64,000 bases of DNA from an uncultured Kordia sp. (GTDB lineage Bacteria; Bacteroidota; Bacteroidia; Flavobacteriales; Flavobacteriaceae), in contig NZ_CANLEA010000015.1 of assembly GCF_947489565.1 (NCBI RefSeq), positions 70,410-134,409 of the forward strand. Direction: 5' to 3'. Under the pieces are notes generated by a model. The model saw only the letters and a list, made by a program, of their open reading frames with translations. It made no database searches and was not told the DNA's origin. Positions within the stretch are counted from its first letter, which is position 1. Every line of letters starts with the position of its first letter. Positions 37,501 to 47,000 of this stretch are shown piece after piece. Position numbers and translations under genes: made by a program.

Positions 37501-37932
37501 TACACCATTATATTCAAATAAATACGCAGCTCCAGTATCTACATCGGCAGCATCTAGTTGCGAACGTGCGCCAACCAATAAGTAATTACCTTCTAAAGCT
37601 ACTGCAGAACCAAAATTATCTCCAGCAAAACTATCACTGGCAGATATGATGGTTTGTTCTGTCCAGTTTCCTGAACCATCATTTGTAAAAATATATACTT
37701 TTCCAGCGGCAGCAGCATTGCTACGTGAAACAACTGCAGCGATATTTCCGTCAATAGCAACACGTTCTCCAAATCTGTAATTGGAAGTAGCGTCACTAGC
37801 TTTTGTTTTTGAGGCGCCAGCAGTAGTTACTGTAAGCGTGCCAGAAAATAGACTTTCATCAAAAGGACAAGAGGTTTGTCCATACATGTACGAGGCAGCA
37901 CATACTAAGATAAAAAATAGGTTTCTTTTCAT
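31552..37932 (-). CDS. Giant secreted protein: FG-GAP beta-propeller, 5 capped LRR cassettes and shared C-terminal domain
   Basis: Signal peptide. FG-GAP repeats (RFGERVAIDG, NFGSAVALEG, RFGEAVSIEG...). Five xxPDxNFEAxLEALGYD cassettes. DVFLQGA...LMRDDLR...HRNHL...QIIEQLP domain at 31552-32340. Confidence 0.92.
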   Translation of the reverse strand: MKRNLFFILVCAASYMYGQTSCPFDESLFSGTLTVTTAGASKTKASDATSNYRFGERVAIDGNIAAVVSRSNAAAAGKVYIFTNDGSGNWTEQTIISASDSFAGDNFGSAVALEGNYLLVGARSQLDAADVDTGAAYLFEYNGVDTWTQVAIFEPSDGTTGIRFGEAVSIEGDLILVGARNGCIGGCAYLYENDGTNTFTYTETKLEPQVQSNYSGARFGHDVLIKNGRAYVSGPQDFSAVGNASAGSVQIWDQANDGTWSRTHRLRGTETTEAFGWSIDVEGDYLAIGAMNFETSTTPEADQGRVYVYEADINGDYLEANSVMIQNDDKDSFNDQRFGTDVALDGEYLYVGTFGNGAINSDALYVFKDDGTNNWTQISKITSGASWDEFAHRAVAVSFPYLLIGQNEDDSPSNSGAIYFVPLANTVTPVASVTETVGVNAGQSNGIIKVSFDDEATETQIKFSVDGGTTYPHVFNDDAGTADITNLAIGTYDVWVAFNESSCPISLGSFDINEIPYTTIPDANFEAALEALGYDDISSDGQVPTGLIEVVTTLDVTNQSISDLTGISDFTALVDLNCSDNSLTSLDVSTNMNLQTLEFDNNAIASLTLGANTTLDYIRGRYNQLSTIDISQNTNLTFLNLRSNLFTTIDVSNNTLLETINLRDQTNLTGIDITNNVNLKFLYFQDTGINSLDVSQNNLLEILSILRANISSIDVSNLTALTQLRVSDNNLTTLDVSNNPALTRLECSNNNLTFLNTKNGNNTAILDADFNASGNSALTCILVDDAAWSTTNWTNIDTGVASFNDTYCRYTAIPDTNFEAALEALGYDDISADGQVPTALIEVVTSLDLQSKSISDLTGIEDFTALITLDVDRNNLTQLHLSNNIALETLIANQNDITSIDLSQNVNLQIIDLGANQLTALDVSANTALTRLDCPANNIVTLDVSNNIALEILEAFETDIATIDLSANINLKKLRLYKTNITAIDVTNNPLLDELRIDNTDVSTLDITNNVQLDWLKVNGSLITSLDLTSLTVLTKFEGQTGILEHIDIRNGNNSNMTTFNVTNNSNLNCVLVDDAAYSTTYWTQVDTGLIFSETYCRYTAIPDANFEAELEALGYDDISADGQVPTVLIEGITSLALPNKGINDLTGIEDFVALTSLNCRLNNLTALDVTQNVLLTTLTADSNNITAIDLSNNTDLSNLNLAGSNLTTIDVSNNTELRKLFVQGNGGLASIDISNNVQLVEFRTNNTDIATLDLSVHPDLELLECYGSPLASIDLSNNPLLETVRLENTNITALDLTNNTNLITLRVNDTAIESLDLSNQTALQSLYANDTSLNYLNVQNGNNANVTTFIADNNPNLTCILVDDAAYSTTYWTDVDLTVTFRDGAYCRYTAVPDANFEARLEALGYDDISADGQVPTALIEVVTTLDINSQSIADITGIEDFTALEELYATLNTFTSLDLSNNTALKILWTKFTPIATLNLSANTNLEQLVSSFNNLSSLDVSTNTALTYLECNNNSIDILDVSNNTALLDLRCGNNALTSIDLSTNTLLTTFWCDNNSITTIDVSLQTALTSFVANDNNLTFVNIQNGNNMNVTNFVATNNPSLSCILVDDAVYSTSNWGGIDVTTSFSDQYCRYTAIPDANFEARLEALGYDDISADGQVPTAIIETVTSLNISNQGITDITGIEDFIGLTNLNTSDNTIGVLDISNSRNLVSLSANACGLSSLDISQNILLESLSADSNQLTSLNTTNNTALKTIVVYGNLIATADFSTNTVLETLDLFQNRLTTLDLSNNVALKTLFCDNNELISLNVQNGNNGIITDFNAQGNDDLYCILVDNEAYSNTNWGNKDAQASYNETSCDFVIVDVDVFLQGALLNPNTGEESLMRDDLRIAGGTYDANSPYGDGASINETVGLSDNGNNSTVDWIWVELRDASNPTTVIAGKSGILQRDGDIVDVNDDLVTPLTFDNVPAGDYHIVVKHRNHLSIMTASAITLKQISTTVDFTDANNEITYGSNAQTTFGMPTDIVAMWAGNVNGDSVVQYSGVSPDTPEILSKVLNDAGNFLNFPTYVVSGYNADDVNLDNNTQYSGTDPDTPFILQNVLAHPSNFLGFSTYQIIEQLPDNE

Positions 37933-37949
37933 AAGAATAGAATGATAGG

Positions 37950-38111
37950 TTATGATTTGTTGTTGAGTTCTTTTAAAAAGTTTTCAAATTGTGATAATGA
38001 TTCTAATTCGGCTTTCATGATTTCTGTTTTAGATTTCAATTTTTCCAAAGAAGCAGCTTTTTTATTCTTTCTAGAAAATAAATTTTGAAGGAGCGATGGA
38101 AGCTTTTTCAT
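37950..38111 (-). CDS. Small basic coiled-coil protein, 53 aa (not in ORF track)
   Basis: MKKLPSLLQNLFSRKNKKAASLEKLKSKTEIMKAELESLSQFENFLKELNNKS. It sits between the direct-repeat promoter and the 2126-aa gene (17-nt gap). Confidence 0.65.
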   Translation of the reverse strand: MKKLPSLLQNLFSRKNKKAASLEKLKSKTEIMKAELESLSQFENFLKELNNKS

Positions 38112-38141
38112 TGCATAGTATCGTATCAGTTATTGATGAAG

Positions 38142-38200
38142 CAATACTAGGAAGATTTCTTAGTTTAAAAAAGAAATTATAGGGTGCAGAATAGGGTGCA
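38142..38200 (-). promoter_or_regulatory. Direct-repeat activator site plus -7 box
   Basis: Minus strand TGCACCCTA-ttc-TGCACCCTA (starts 38200 and 38188). TAGTATTG starts at 38149, 39 nt after the proximal repeat. Confidence 0.72.
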
Positions 38201-38218
38201 ATAAGTTTAAGTTATTGA

Positions 38219-39889
38219 TTATATAGAGTTTATAAAATCGTCTAAAGAATCTTGTGCAGATAGATTTAATTTCTTTTTCAATCGAAAACGTGTCGATTTT
38301 ATGGCTTCTAAACTCGTTTTTCGAAGTTCAGAAATTTCTTTTCGAGACAATCCAAGCTTGATAAAAGAACAAACCTCAATGTCTGTTTTGGTTAAATTTG
38401 AATGTTTTTCGCGAAGTCGTTTTAGGAATTCATAATTGAGCGTTTCAATATTTTCTTTGAGCAATACTAGTTTTCCATCTTCTAGTTTATCGGCTTTCAA
38501 TTCAGCCAGAATTCCGGTTAAAGAAATCCCTTCTTCTTGTTTGGAAAGTTTGTTGAGGTTTTCGGTAATTTTTTCTTTGGTATTCAGATGTATGATCGTT
38601 TCTGCCACCAATTCTGAAATTTCCTCTTTTTTAGAACTGATTTCAGTACTCAATTGATCAATCTTTGTATTTAGTTGTTGTGCTTCTAGTTGTTTTCGAA
38701 GGCGTAATTTTTTAAAATATTTACTTCCAAAATATACAATCGCAACAATGATGAATAAAGTAATGATCAACAATGCGAGATACCACTTTTTTTGAAGCGA
38801 CTCATTTTCTGTTTTAAGCATGAGTACATCTTTCTCTTGTGTAAACTGAATGCTGTCCATATAACGCTCTTTCTCAAAAGCATAGCTCAATTCTATTTCA
38901 CGAATTTCTTTAATCTTATCTAAATTTAAAATACTATCGCGTGCTTTGCTATACCTTCTGTAATCTTCCAACGCATTGTAATAATCTTTTAAATTATTGT
39001 AAATGAGACTTCTTCTTCGAAAAGACAAAAAATACCGACGTCCCATTTTTTCAGTTTTGGCAATATTCAGCGATGTATTTATATGAAATAATGCTTTGTC
39101 GTATTCTTTTAATGAGATGTAAATTTTTGTAATATTATAATGAGAAGCCGCAATCGCCGTTTTTTTTCCAATTTTAGTTACATAAGCGAGATTTTTTAAT
39201 TGCAATTCCAGCGCTTCCTCGTATCGTTTTTCTCTAACATACAAGTTTCCAATATTTGACATTACTTGATGAACGCCTTCTTCATAATTTGCTTCCTTAT
39301 AGTGAGTTAAGGTTTTATCAAAAAAATACTTTAAAGAATCTATTTCAGTATCATCTTTGTACGCTCTTGAAAGTATATTGTAATTATGACCAATACTTCT
39401 TGGACGTTTTAATTTTGTATTGATTGTAATGGCTTTGCGGAGTATTTTTTTAGCTTTTTCAAATTCTTTTTGATAGATAAGCACATTCCCAATATTATTA
39501 CAACTAGAAGCCAAACCTATGGAATCGTTGTATTTCTCAAAGATTTTTAAGGCTTTGTAATAGTCTCGTAACGCTTCAGAATAATTAGCACGTCTTCTCT
39601 GAATTAAACCAGATTGTTGTAAAATTTCGGCTTCATGTAGTTCCGAATTGTACTTTTTTGATGAAGATTTAATGATTTTTCGAGCTTCGTTTAAGTATGC
39701 AGACACACTATTAAAATCGCGTCGCAATTGATAATCTCCTAAGGTAAGATAAGCGGAAACTTTGAGTGAATCGTTCGGTGCTTCTGCTACTATTTTTTCT
39801 AATGCCACTACGGTGGAATCTTTCTCTTGTGCAAAACTCACTGCAGACTGCAATAGAAAAGCCATAAAAAGAAGACAATAGCGGCGCAT
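38219..39889 (-). CDS. Membrane-anchored TPR sensor with C-terminal LuxR-type HTH
   Basis: Signal peptide, TPR array, TM helix WYLALLIITLFIIVAIVYFG, coiled coil, and HTH LTKTDIEVCSFIKLGLSRKEISELRKTSLEAIKSTRFRLKKKL. Confidence 0.88.
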   Translation of the reverse strand: MRRYCLLFMAFLLQSAVSFAQEKDSTVVALEKIVAEAPNDSLKVSAYLTLGDYQLRRDFNSVSAYLNEARKIIKSSSKKYNSELHEAEILQQSGLIQRRRANYSEALRDYYKALKIFEKYNDSIGLASSCNNIGNVLIYQKEFEKAKKILRKAITINTKLKRPRSIGHNYNILSRAYKDDTEIDSLKYFFDKTLTHYKEANYEEGVHQVMSNIGNLYVREKRYEEALELQLKNLAYVTKIGKKTAIAASHYNITKIYISLKEYDKALFHINTSLNIAKTEKMGRRYFLSFRRRSLIYNNLKDYYNALEDYRRYSKARDSILNLDKIKEIREIELSYAFEKERYMDSIQFTQEKDVLMLKTENESLQKKWYLALLIITLFIIVAIVYFGSKYFKKLRLRKQLEAQQLNTKIDQLSTEISSKKEEISELVAETIIHLNTKEKITENLNKLSKQEEGISLTGILAELKADKLEDGKLVLLKENIETLNYEFLKRLREKHSNLTKTDIEVCSFIKLGLSRKEISELRKTSLEAIKSTRFRLKKKLNLSAQDSLDDFINSI

Positions 39890-39971
39890 TTGGTAAAATA
39901 TTAGGGTTAGGATAAATGTAAGTGAAAGTCCTTACAAAAGCAAAAAAGGATGTGTAACAGCAAAATGATTT

Positions 39972-41390
39972 TTAAAAAACCAAAGGAATCACAAACTGAA
40001 AAAATACGATGAGTAAAATGATTGAAATAATGTTCAATAAAAAACCAGCACGCGCCATTTGTGCTACTTTTACATGACCACTGGCGAATACAATGGCGTT
40101 TGGCGGCGTGGACATCGGCAACATAAATGCACAACTAGAAGCCATAGTCACAGGAATTAAAATATGTAAAAGTTCAATATTCAATCCTATAGCAACACCT
40201 GCAACCATAGGAGCAAAAATGGCAATCAAAGCAACATTACTCATCAATTCGGTCATAAATAACATAACAGCGATTAAAATGCTGCAAATAAGCAATATGC
40301 TTAAGGAAGTATTGTTGCTCACAGCAGCTCCGATCATATCAATAATTCCAACATTCGATAAAGCGCTTGCTAAGGCGAGTCCGCCACCAAATAATAATAA
40401 AATTCCCCAAGGCAATCGTTTGGTATCTTCCCAAGCTAATACAGCCGTATTTTTGTGCGTACATGTAAAACAAGCAAATGCAGCAAGCATACTAATTGTA
40501 GTATCACTTAAAGCTAAATTTGGGAATAGACTGTTGATGTAATTTTTTCCAATCCAAAGTACAATTGCAGTGATAAAAATAATCAATACAATGACTTCTG
40601 ATTTGCTAATTTCACCAAGTTTCTTCATCTCTGCATCAATGATATCTTTCGATTTTTCAAACGAAGCCAAATGGTTTGGATACATCACTTTGGTTAAAAT
40701 ATAATAAATAAAGAAGAGCATAATAATGGCAAACGGAAGTCCAACAATGATCCACTTTAAAAAGGAGATACTATAATTATATTCGCTTTCCATAAAACCA
40801 GCCAATACAATATTTGGTGGCGTTCCAATTAAGGTTGCAATACCGCCAACATTTGCAGAATAGGCAATTCCCAACATAATACTCAACGCAAAGTTTCGAT
40901 CTTTTTTGGTAAAACCATCTTCATCATGAATCAATAATTCGATGACAGAATAGGCAATAGGAAGCATGACAACGGTGGTTGCTGTATTGCTAATCCACAT
41001 ACTTAAAAATGCAGTCGCCAACATAAAACCGAGAATGATTTTGTTGGGACTTGTTCCTGTGAGTTTGATGATAGACAAAGCAACGCGTCTATGTAAGTTT
41101 ACTTTTTCTAACGCTAATGCTAATACGAATCCGCCAAAAAACAGAAAAATGATCGGATGCCCATAATTCACAGCTACTTCTTTGATCGGCATAATACCTA
41201 ATAAAGGATAAAAAGTCAACGGAATTAACGCAGTAATAGAAATAGAAACTACTTCTGTAATCCACCATAAAATCATCCATAAAGCGACTCCAATTACTTT
41301 ATCAGCTTCAGGACTGATGAATTGAAATGGACTGAAAAAAAACAGCAAACAGATAACAGGACCTAAAACAAGAATTAATTTTTTCTTCAT
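39972..41390 (-). CDS. DASS/SLC13 sodium:dicarboxylate or sulfate symporter
   Basis: FLFFGGFVLALALEK, FLSMWISNTATT, ATLIGTPPN, LLFGGGLALA and AFMLPMSTPPNAIV. The start at MKKKL (41390) is preferred over 41411. Confidence 0.93.
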   Translation of the reverse strand: MKKKLILVLGPVICLLFFFSPFQFISPEADKVIGVALWMILWWITEVVSISITALIPLTFYPLLGIMPIKEVAVNYGHPIIFLFFGGFVLALALEKVNLHRRVALSIIKLTGTSPNKIILGFMLATAFLSMWISNTATTVVMLPIAYSVIELLIHDEDGFTKKDRNFALSIMLGIAYSANVGGIATLIGTPPNIVLAGFMESEYNYSISFLKWIIVGLPFAIIMLFFIYYILTKVMYPNHLASFEKSKDIIDAEMKKLGEISKSEVIVLIIFITAIVLWIGKNYINSLFPNLALSDTTISMLAAFACFTCTHKNTAVLAWEDTKRLPWGILLLFGGGLALASALSNVGIIDMIGAAVSNNTSLSILLICSILIAVMLFMTELMSNVALIAIFAPMVAGVAIGLNIELLHILIPVTMASSCAFMLPMSTPPNAIVFASGHVKVAQMARAGFLLNIISIILLIVFFQFVIPLVF

Positions 41391-41504
41391 AGTTGCAAAG
41401 ATGGTGATCAAAAAAAATGATTCATCAGAAAATCATTCACACTGCAAAATATAAAAATGAAAACTTTTTTATGAGAAAACCTTAGATTTTATACTGAAAT
41501 AATA

Positions 41505-41539
41505 AAAAATGCCACCGTAATTGCTTCGATGACATTTTT
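41505..41539 (-). terminator. Intrinsic terminator after the GGCT-like gene
   Basis: Minus strand aaaaatgtcatcg-aagcaatta-cggtggcattttt. Confidence 0.7.
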
Positions 41540-41567
41540 CGATCGTTAAACTAAAAATGGTATATAT

Positions 41568-42209
41568 TTATTCAATATAAATATTATCGTATATGCATTC
41601 GGGTAAATTTTCTTTTAAGATTTTATCGATCGCAAAGGCATTTTTTTCATAAATAAATGGTCGTCTCGGATAAATGCGATCGTTTGCCCAACATTCACTC
41701 CAACCAATGGTAGAACGAATAAAATCGATGGTATAATGATCTTCTTTGGCTTTTGGAAAACTATTTTCAATCTCCAAACAGCCATTAATGCAAATATCTA
41801 CATACGATTGTACAATAGGAAAATCTTTTGAAGGATACGCACTTGGAGGCGCTACAATACCACTAAAATCATTTACATAAATCCAAACCGTATCTCCAGG
41901 CTCTAAAATTTTATAATACTCTTCAATATGTGTTACTTTCTTTCGTGTATAGCCTTTTTCTCTTCCGTCTGTAGCTTCCAATTCACTGTCGGTGACTTCA
42001 TAAATAACACCGTTTACATGACTTTCTCTATCGGGATAACAGCCTAAATACGTTGGAGAAATACTTGCAAGTGTTTCTGGCATGCGCGCATACCAACCAC
42101 GTTGAAACCCAAAAGCAATTGCCGGAAAAGCTACTTTTGCCATCGGCGCATCTCTGAGTCTTGACTGTGTTTCTATCAAGGAACCATATCCAAAAATGTA
42201 ATTTTTCAT
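41568..42209 (-). CDS. Gamma-glutamylcyclotransferase-like (AIG2/ChaC fold) protein
   Basis: N-terminal YIFGYGSL and GVIYEV...ELEATDGRE.GY.R motifs. The start at MKNYIF (42209) is preferred. Confidence 0.8.
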   Translation of the reverse strand: MKNYIFGYGSLIETQSRLRDAPMAKVAFPAIAFGFQRGWYARMPETLASISPTYLGCYPDRESHVNGVIYEVTDSELEATDGREKGYTRKKVTHIEEYYKILEPGDTVWIYVNDFSGIVAPPSAYPSKDFPIVQSYVDICINGCLEIENSFPKAKEDHYTIDFIRSTIGWSECWANDRIYPRRPFIYEKNAFAIDKILKENLPECIYDNIYIE

Positions 42210-42282
42210 AGTAATGTGAATTTGTACACTTCCAAATTTAACAGTGTACACATTACATTGTATGCGTATTTCTACGTGATTT

Positions 42283-43944
42283 TTAGAAAAGTTTCTTGAT
42301 AAATAATTCCAATTCTTCGCCTTTAGGAACTTCTAGTTTTTTGCGAATGCGATATCGAGCAGACTTTATAGAAGAAAGTGTGGCATTGCGCACATTCATG
42401 ATTTCTTTCAGATTTAAATTTAGATACATTAAATGACAAATTTCGCGTTCTGCTTTGGTAAGATCAGGAAAACGTTTGGCCAATTGGATTTCAAAATTAG
42501 CTTCCGACATATTGTTGACTTCGGAGACACTATCCAATCGTTTTTCAGTGCTGATTTGGTTTTTAAGTTGCATTAAGATGCTTTGATAACTATCTACAAC
42601 ACCCAAACTACTATCTTTTGTTTGCAATACTTTAATGGTGTCTAGCAGTTCTTTTTTAAAATCGATACGCATCTTATTATCCATCAACAATCGCTCTGTT
42701 TTATAGCGTAAAAAATTTACTTTTTCATTCAACAATTCAGTCTCTAACTCTTGTTTTTGACGATTTCTAAGATTAATTTTTCGTTTATATCGATACAAAA
42801 GGAATAAACTAACCAAAGCTAGTAGTGCAAGGAAAAATAAAACCGCAAACAAACGTTTTTGTGCGCGTTGCGATTGGGCAACTCTTTGTAATTCTATTTT
42901 CTCTGTAGATGCTTGTAAACTATCACGATATGCTTCTTGTTTGAACTTAAATTCTAAAGCTAATTTTTCAAAACGTTCAGACTGTTCTATGGTTCTAGAA
43001 GAGTCTCTATATCTTTTATAAGTCCTGTAAAAAGATAAGGCTTTTTTATAATTTTTTTGATCACGTTCAATTTTATAGCGCTCCAAATACAATCGACCCA
43101 ATAATATTTTATTTCCATATTGAGTCGCCAATACTTCACTACTGTCCAAATATTTTGATGCTGCATCGAATAGATTCATTTTTCGAGCATTAAAAGCTAA
43201 ATCTTTCATCGTAGAAGCCAATCGCTCTATCTTTTCTTCTTTTTTATAAATGACAAGATTTTGCTTGTGAAGCTCAAAAGCTTTTTGATACATTTTTTTT
43301 GACCTGTATACTTTCGCTTTATATCTTATTACATCTGATAAATAAAGAGACTGGGTAAAATAATTTTTGGCACTGTCTAAAACGATAAGTGCACTATCAA
43401 GTTCTTTTTTTAAATATAAAAAGTGTCCATAATTGTTTAGTGATACTCCATAATCTAAACTATCATTACGTCGCATTACCAAAGCTTTCTTCATATAGGA
43501 AATGGCTTTGTCATACTTTTTTTGTGAACGAAATAACATGGCAATATTATGGTACGAACGTCCAATTTTTGAGGAATCTTTGGCTTTTTCTTTAATTTTG
43601 AGCGATGTCAAGTAATACTGCAATGCTTTATCATAATTATTACGTCTGCGTTCAATAATTCCTAAACAATCGTAGGCGAGTGCTTGCTGTGTAGCTTTAT
43701 CAGAAAAAGTATATTCATTCTCTAATATTGTCAGTGCATTTTTAAAATATTCAGAAGCTTTAATCGGATCAGAAGTATCTATTAAAACTCCTAAATCGAT
43801 AGTACGCGAAACACGTAACGAATCCGAAGAAGTTGTTTCTAACAAAACAGTGAGCGAGTCAATTTTTTGTTGCTTATTTTGAGCGTAACAAAGCAATGTT
43901 ACACTAAAAAATAGTACTAAAAATAAATAAGACTGCTTTTTCAT
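42283..43944 (-). CDS. Membrane-anchored TPR sensor with C-terminal LuxR-type HTH (divergent from the 2821-aa gene)
   Basis: Signal peptide, TPRs, TM helix LFAVLFFLALLALVSLFLLY, and HTH LTKAEREICHLMYLNLNLKEIMNVRNATLSSIKSARYRIRKKL. Confidence 0.88.
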   Translation of the reverse strand: MKKQSYLFLVLFFSVTLLCYAQNKQQKIDSLTVLLETTSSDSLRVSRTIDLGVLIDTSDPIKASEYFKNALTILENEYTFSDKATQQALAYDCLGIIERRRNNYDKALQYYLTSLKIKEKAKDSSKIGRSYHNIAMLFRSQKKYDKAISYMKKALVMRRNDSLDYGVSLNNYGHFLYLKKELDSALIVLDSAKNYFTQSLYLSDVIRYKAKVYRSKKMYQKAFELHKQNLVIYKKEEKIERLASTMKDLAFNARKMNLFDAASKYLDSSEVLATQYGNKILLGRLYLERYKIERDQKNYKKALSFYRTYKRYRDSSRTIEQSERFEKLALEFKFKQEAYRDSLQASTEKIELQRVAQSQRAQKRLFAVLFFLALLALVSLFLLYRYKRKINLRNRQKQELETELLNEKVNFLRYKTERLLMDNKMRIDFKKELLDTIKVLQTKDSSLGVVDSYQSILMQLKNQISTEKRLDSVSEVNNMSEANFEIQLAKRFPDLTKAEREICHLMYLNLNLKEIMNVRNATLSSIKSARYRIRKKLEVPKGEELELFIKKLF

Positions 43945-43989
43945 TGAAAACTTCTATAAAGTCTGTAAAAGTACTACTTTTTTAAGATT

Positions 43990-44046
43990 TGCGACCATTT
44001 GCTACCTTATAAAACAATGCTTTTTTTGGTTTTCAACCTAAGTTTG
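43990..44046 (+). promoter_or_regulatory. Direct-repeat activator site plus -7 box
   Basis: TGCGACC at 43990 and TGCTACC at 44000 (10-nt period). A perfect TAAGTTTG starts at 44039, 39 nt after the proximal repeat. Confidence 0.72.
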
Positions 44047-44067
44047 CAAAAAATAAAAATTGTTCTC

Positions 44068-47000
44068 ATGCGAAACCTACTTTTAAGCGTATTCCTATTT
44101 TTTTGTGTGTCCCATATTGCATATTCTCAACATTTTGAGTTTTTTATTGAAACCACTACTCAAAATGAAACCTTCACCATACCTATTGATGGTTCTTTAA
44201 CTTACAACTATAATGTTGATGTTGTTGTTCCTTTTAATCCTAATGCCACTGTTTCTTATACGAATGTTACAGGAGCCCTAACGCACACTTTTGGAAATGC
44301 AGGGTCTTATATTATTAGAATACTAGACGGAAGTTTGTTTCCAAGAATAATTTTTTCTAACAGTCCAGACAAATCGAAGATAACAATTATATCGAAGTGG
44401 GGAAATAACCCTTGGACAACTATGGAGTCTGCTTTTGAAGGCTGTGATAACTTAATCCTCGATACTAGTGATACTCCAAACCTTACTAATGTAACGTCTA
44501 CTAATAAAATGTTTAAAGACGCTGATGCTCTTGTCGATAATAGGAATAAAATAGGGTCATGGGATATGAGTAATGTAGAAAATATGTCACAAATGTTTCG
44601 TAATTGTGATGTATTTAATGAAGATTTAAGCAATTGGGATACTAGTAACGTAGAGACCTTTACCCGAATGTTTCAAGATGCCAGTGCATTCGATCAAAAT
44701 CTTGGTAATTGGGATATAAGTAATCTAAACTCAGGAGGGACAGATGCTATATTTGCACAAGCAGGTGTTTCAACAAGTAATTATGACCAAACTGTGACTG
44801 GATGGGGAACGCTAGATACAGGAGAAACACAAATTCCAAGTGGATTAAATATTAGGTTTGATAACAGTACGTATTGTGCATCGCAGGCAATAAGAACAAC
44901 ATTAGCGAATGCTCCCACGAATTGGAATTTTATAGATAGTGGTTTAAACTGTAATAATGTTTCTGATGATGGTCTTTTTATCACAACTTGGGAAACTACT
45001 ACTGCAAACGAATCTATTACAATTCCTACTGCTGGACCAGGATATGGGTATTATATAGATTGGGGAGATGGGCAAATAGACAATTCAGTTACAGGAAATA
45101 TTTCGCATACATATGCTAGCGCTGGTACACATAGAGTAAGAATAGGTGGTTTATTCCCTAGAATCTATTTTAACGAGACAGGAGATCGATTAAAAATTAA
45201 AACCATTGAACAATGGGGAACTATTGCTTGGCGAGATATGTTCAATGCGTTTGATGGATGCGAAAACCTGACGTACAATGCAACGGATGCCCCTAACTTA
45301 TCAAACGTAACTGATTTATCAAGAATGTTTAATAAATGTAAAAATTTCAATGCAACAAATTTGAACAACTGGGATTTGAGCTCTATTAGGTCTGTTACAT
45401 TTATGTTTAACGAAGCTGAAAAATTTAATGGAGATATCTCCAATTGGGATGTAAGTAATGTCATAGATTTTAGAAATATGTTTTCTTCGGCTCGTGATTT
45501 TAATAGAGATATTTCAGGATGGACAATTAACACGAATGAACCTGTAAACATGGGAGGAATGTTTGCTGGAGCAAGCGACTTTAATCAACCCATAGGAAAT
45601 TGGAATATAAGCCAAGTGACAGATATAGGTTTTATATTTCAAGATGCGCTAAATTTTAATCAAAGTTTAGCCAATTGGGATATTTCAAACGTAACCGATA
45701 TGGATGGCATGCTTAATAATTCAGATCTATCACTAGAAAATTATGATGCTACATTGATCGGTTGGGCAACTCTAGAAAACGGGGAAACTCAAATTCCTAC
45801 GGGCATTACTTTTAGCGCGTTTGGACTCTCTTTTTGTCAAGCATACAATGAAAGAAGTATGTTAGAAAATGCACCATACAATTGGATCATTACAGATGCA
45901 GGACCTGAATGTTCTGATGTAGCTTTTATCACCACTTGGCAAACCACTAGCGCGAATGAAAGTATCGAAATTCCTACCGATGGCAATGGATATAACTATG
46001 TAGTCAACTGGGGAGATGGAACTTTTGATACCAATATTACAGGAAATGCCACGCATACATACGCAACTGCAGGAACGCATACGGTTGAAATTTTTGGAGA
46101 TTTTCCTAGAATTTATTTTAATAATAGTGGAGATAAAGACAAAATCAAGTCCATAGATCAATGGGGAACAATTCAATGGGTAAGTATGGCTGCTTCATTT
46201 CGAGGGGCTAGTAACTTAAGACTTCTTGCTACAGATGTACCAGATTTATCTGGAGTTACAAGCACTGGATCTATGTTTGCTGGTTGTACCTCTTTAGAGA
46301 GTCCAGATTTATCTCATTGGGATATGTCTGCTATAAGAATTATGAATCTTATGTTTTTTGGTGCGACTAATTTTAATGGTGATGTTACAGGCTGGGATGT
46401 AGGGAATTGTACTGGATTTGCATGGTTTTTTAGAGAAGCTAACGCATTTAATCAAGATATAAGCAACTGGAACATAGGGGAAAATGTAGGTTCGAATGAC
46501 ATATTCATGGATGGTATGTTTGAATCTGCTAGTAATTTTAATCGAAACTTAGCAAGTTGGAATATTTCCAATGTTGTAGATATGACTAATATGCTTGATA
46601 ATTCTGGATTATCTGTAGATAATTATGATGCTACGTTAATAGGTTGGGCTACTTTAGATGCGGGTGAAACTCAAATTCCTTCTAATATCAATGTAGGAGA
46701 AGTTGGTTTACAGTATTGTGCTTCTGTAGTGGAACGTACGAGTTTAAAAAATAGTAATAATTGGTCATTTTTAGATGCAACTTTAGCTTGTCCCGAGGAA
46801 GACAAATTTATTATGGTATGGAAGACCACATCTAATAATGAGAGCATTAGATTTCAGTTTACGGGGGCTACGGGTAATAATAATAGTTATACTGTAGATT
46901 GGGGTGACGGCACTGTAGATAACGATGTTTCTGGAAATAGACAACATACCTATGCGCAAGCAGGAACTTACGAGGTGAAACTATCGGGAGAATTTAGATT

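Noticed and set aside
39972-42209. DASS transporter and GGCT-like gene as parts of the surface-protein system
   Set aside because: They lack the direct-repeat promoter, have their own terminator or promoter-like signals, and show no functional link. Treated as ordinary neighbours.
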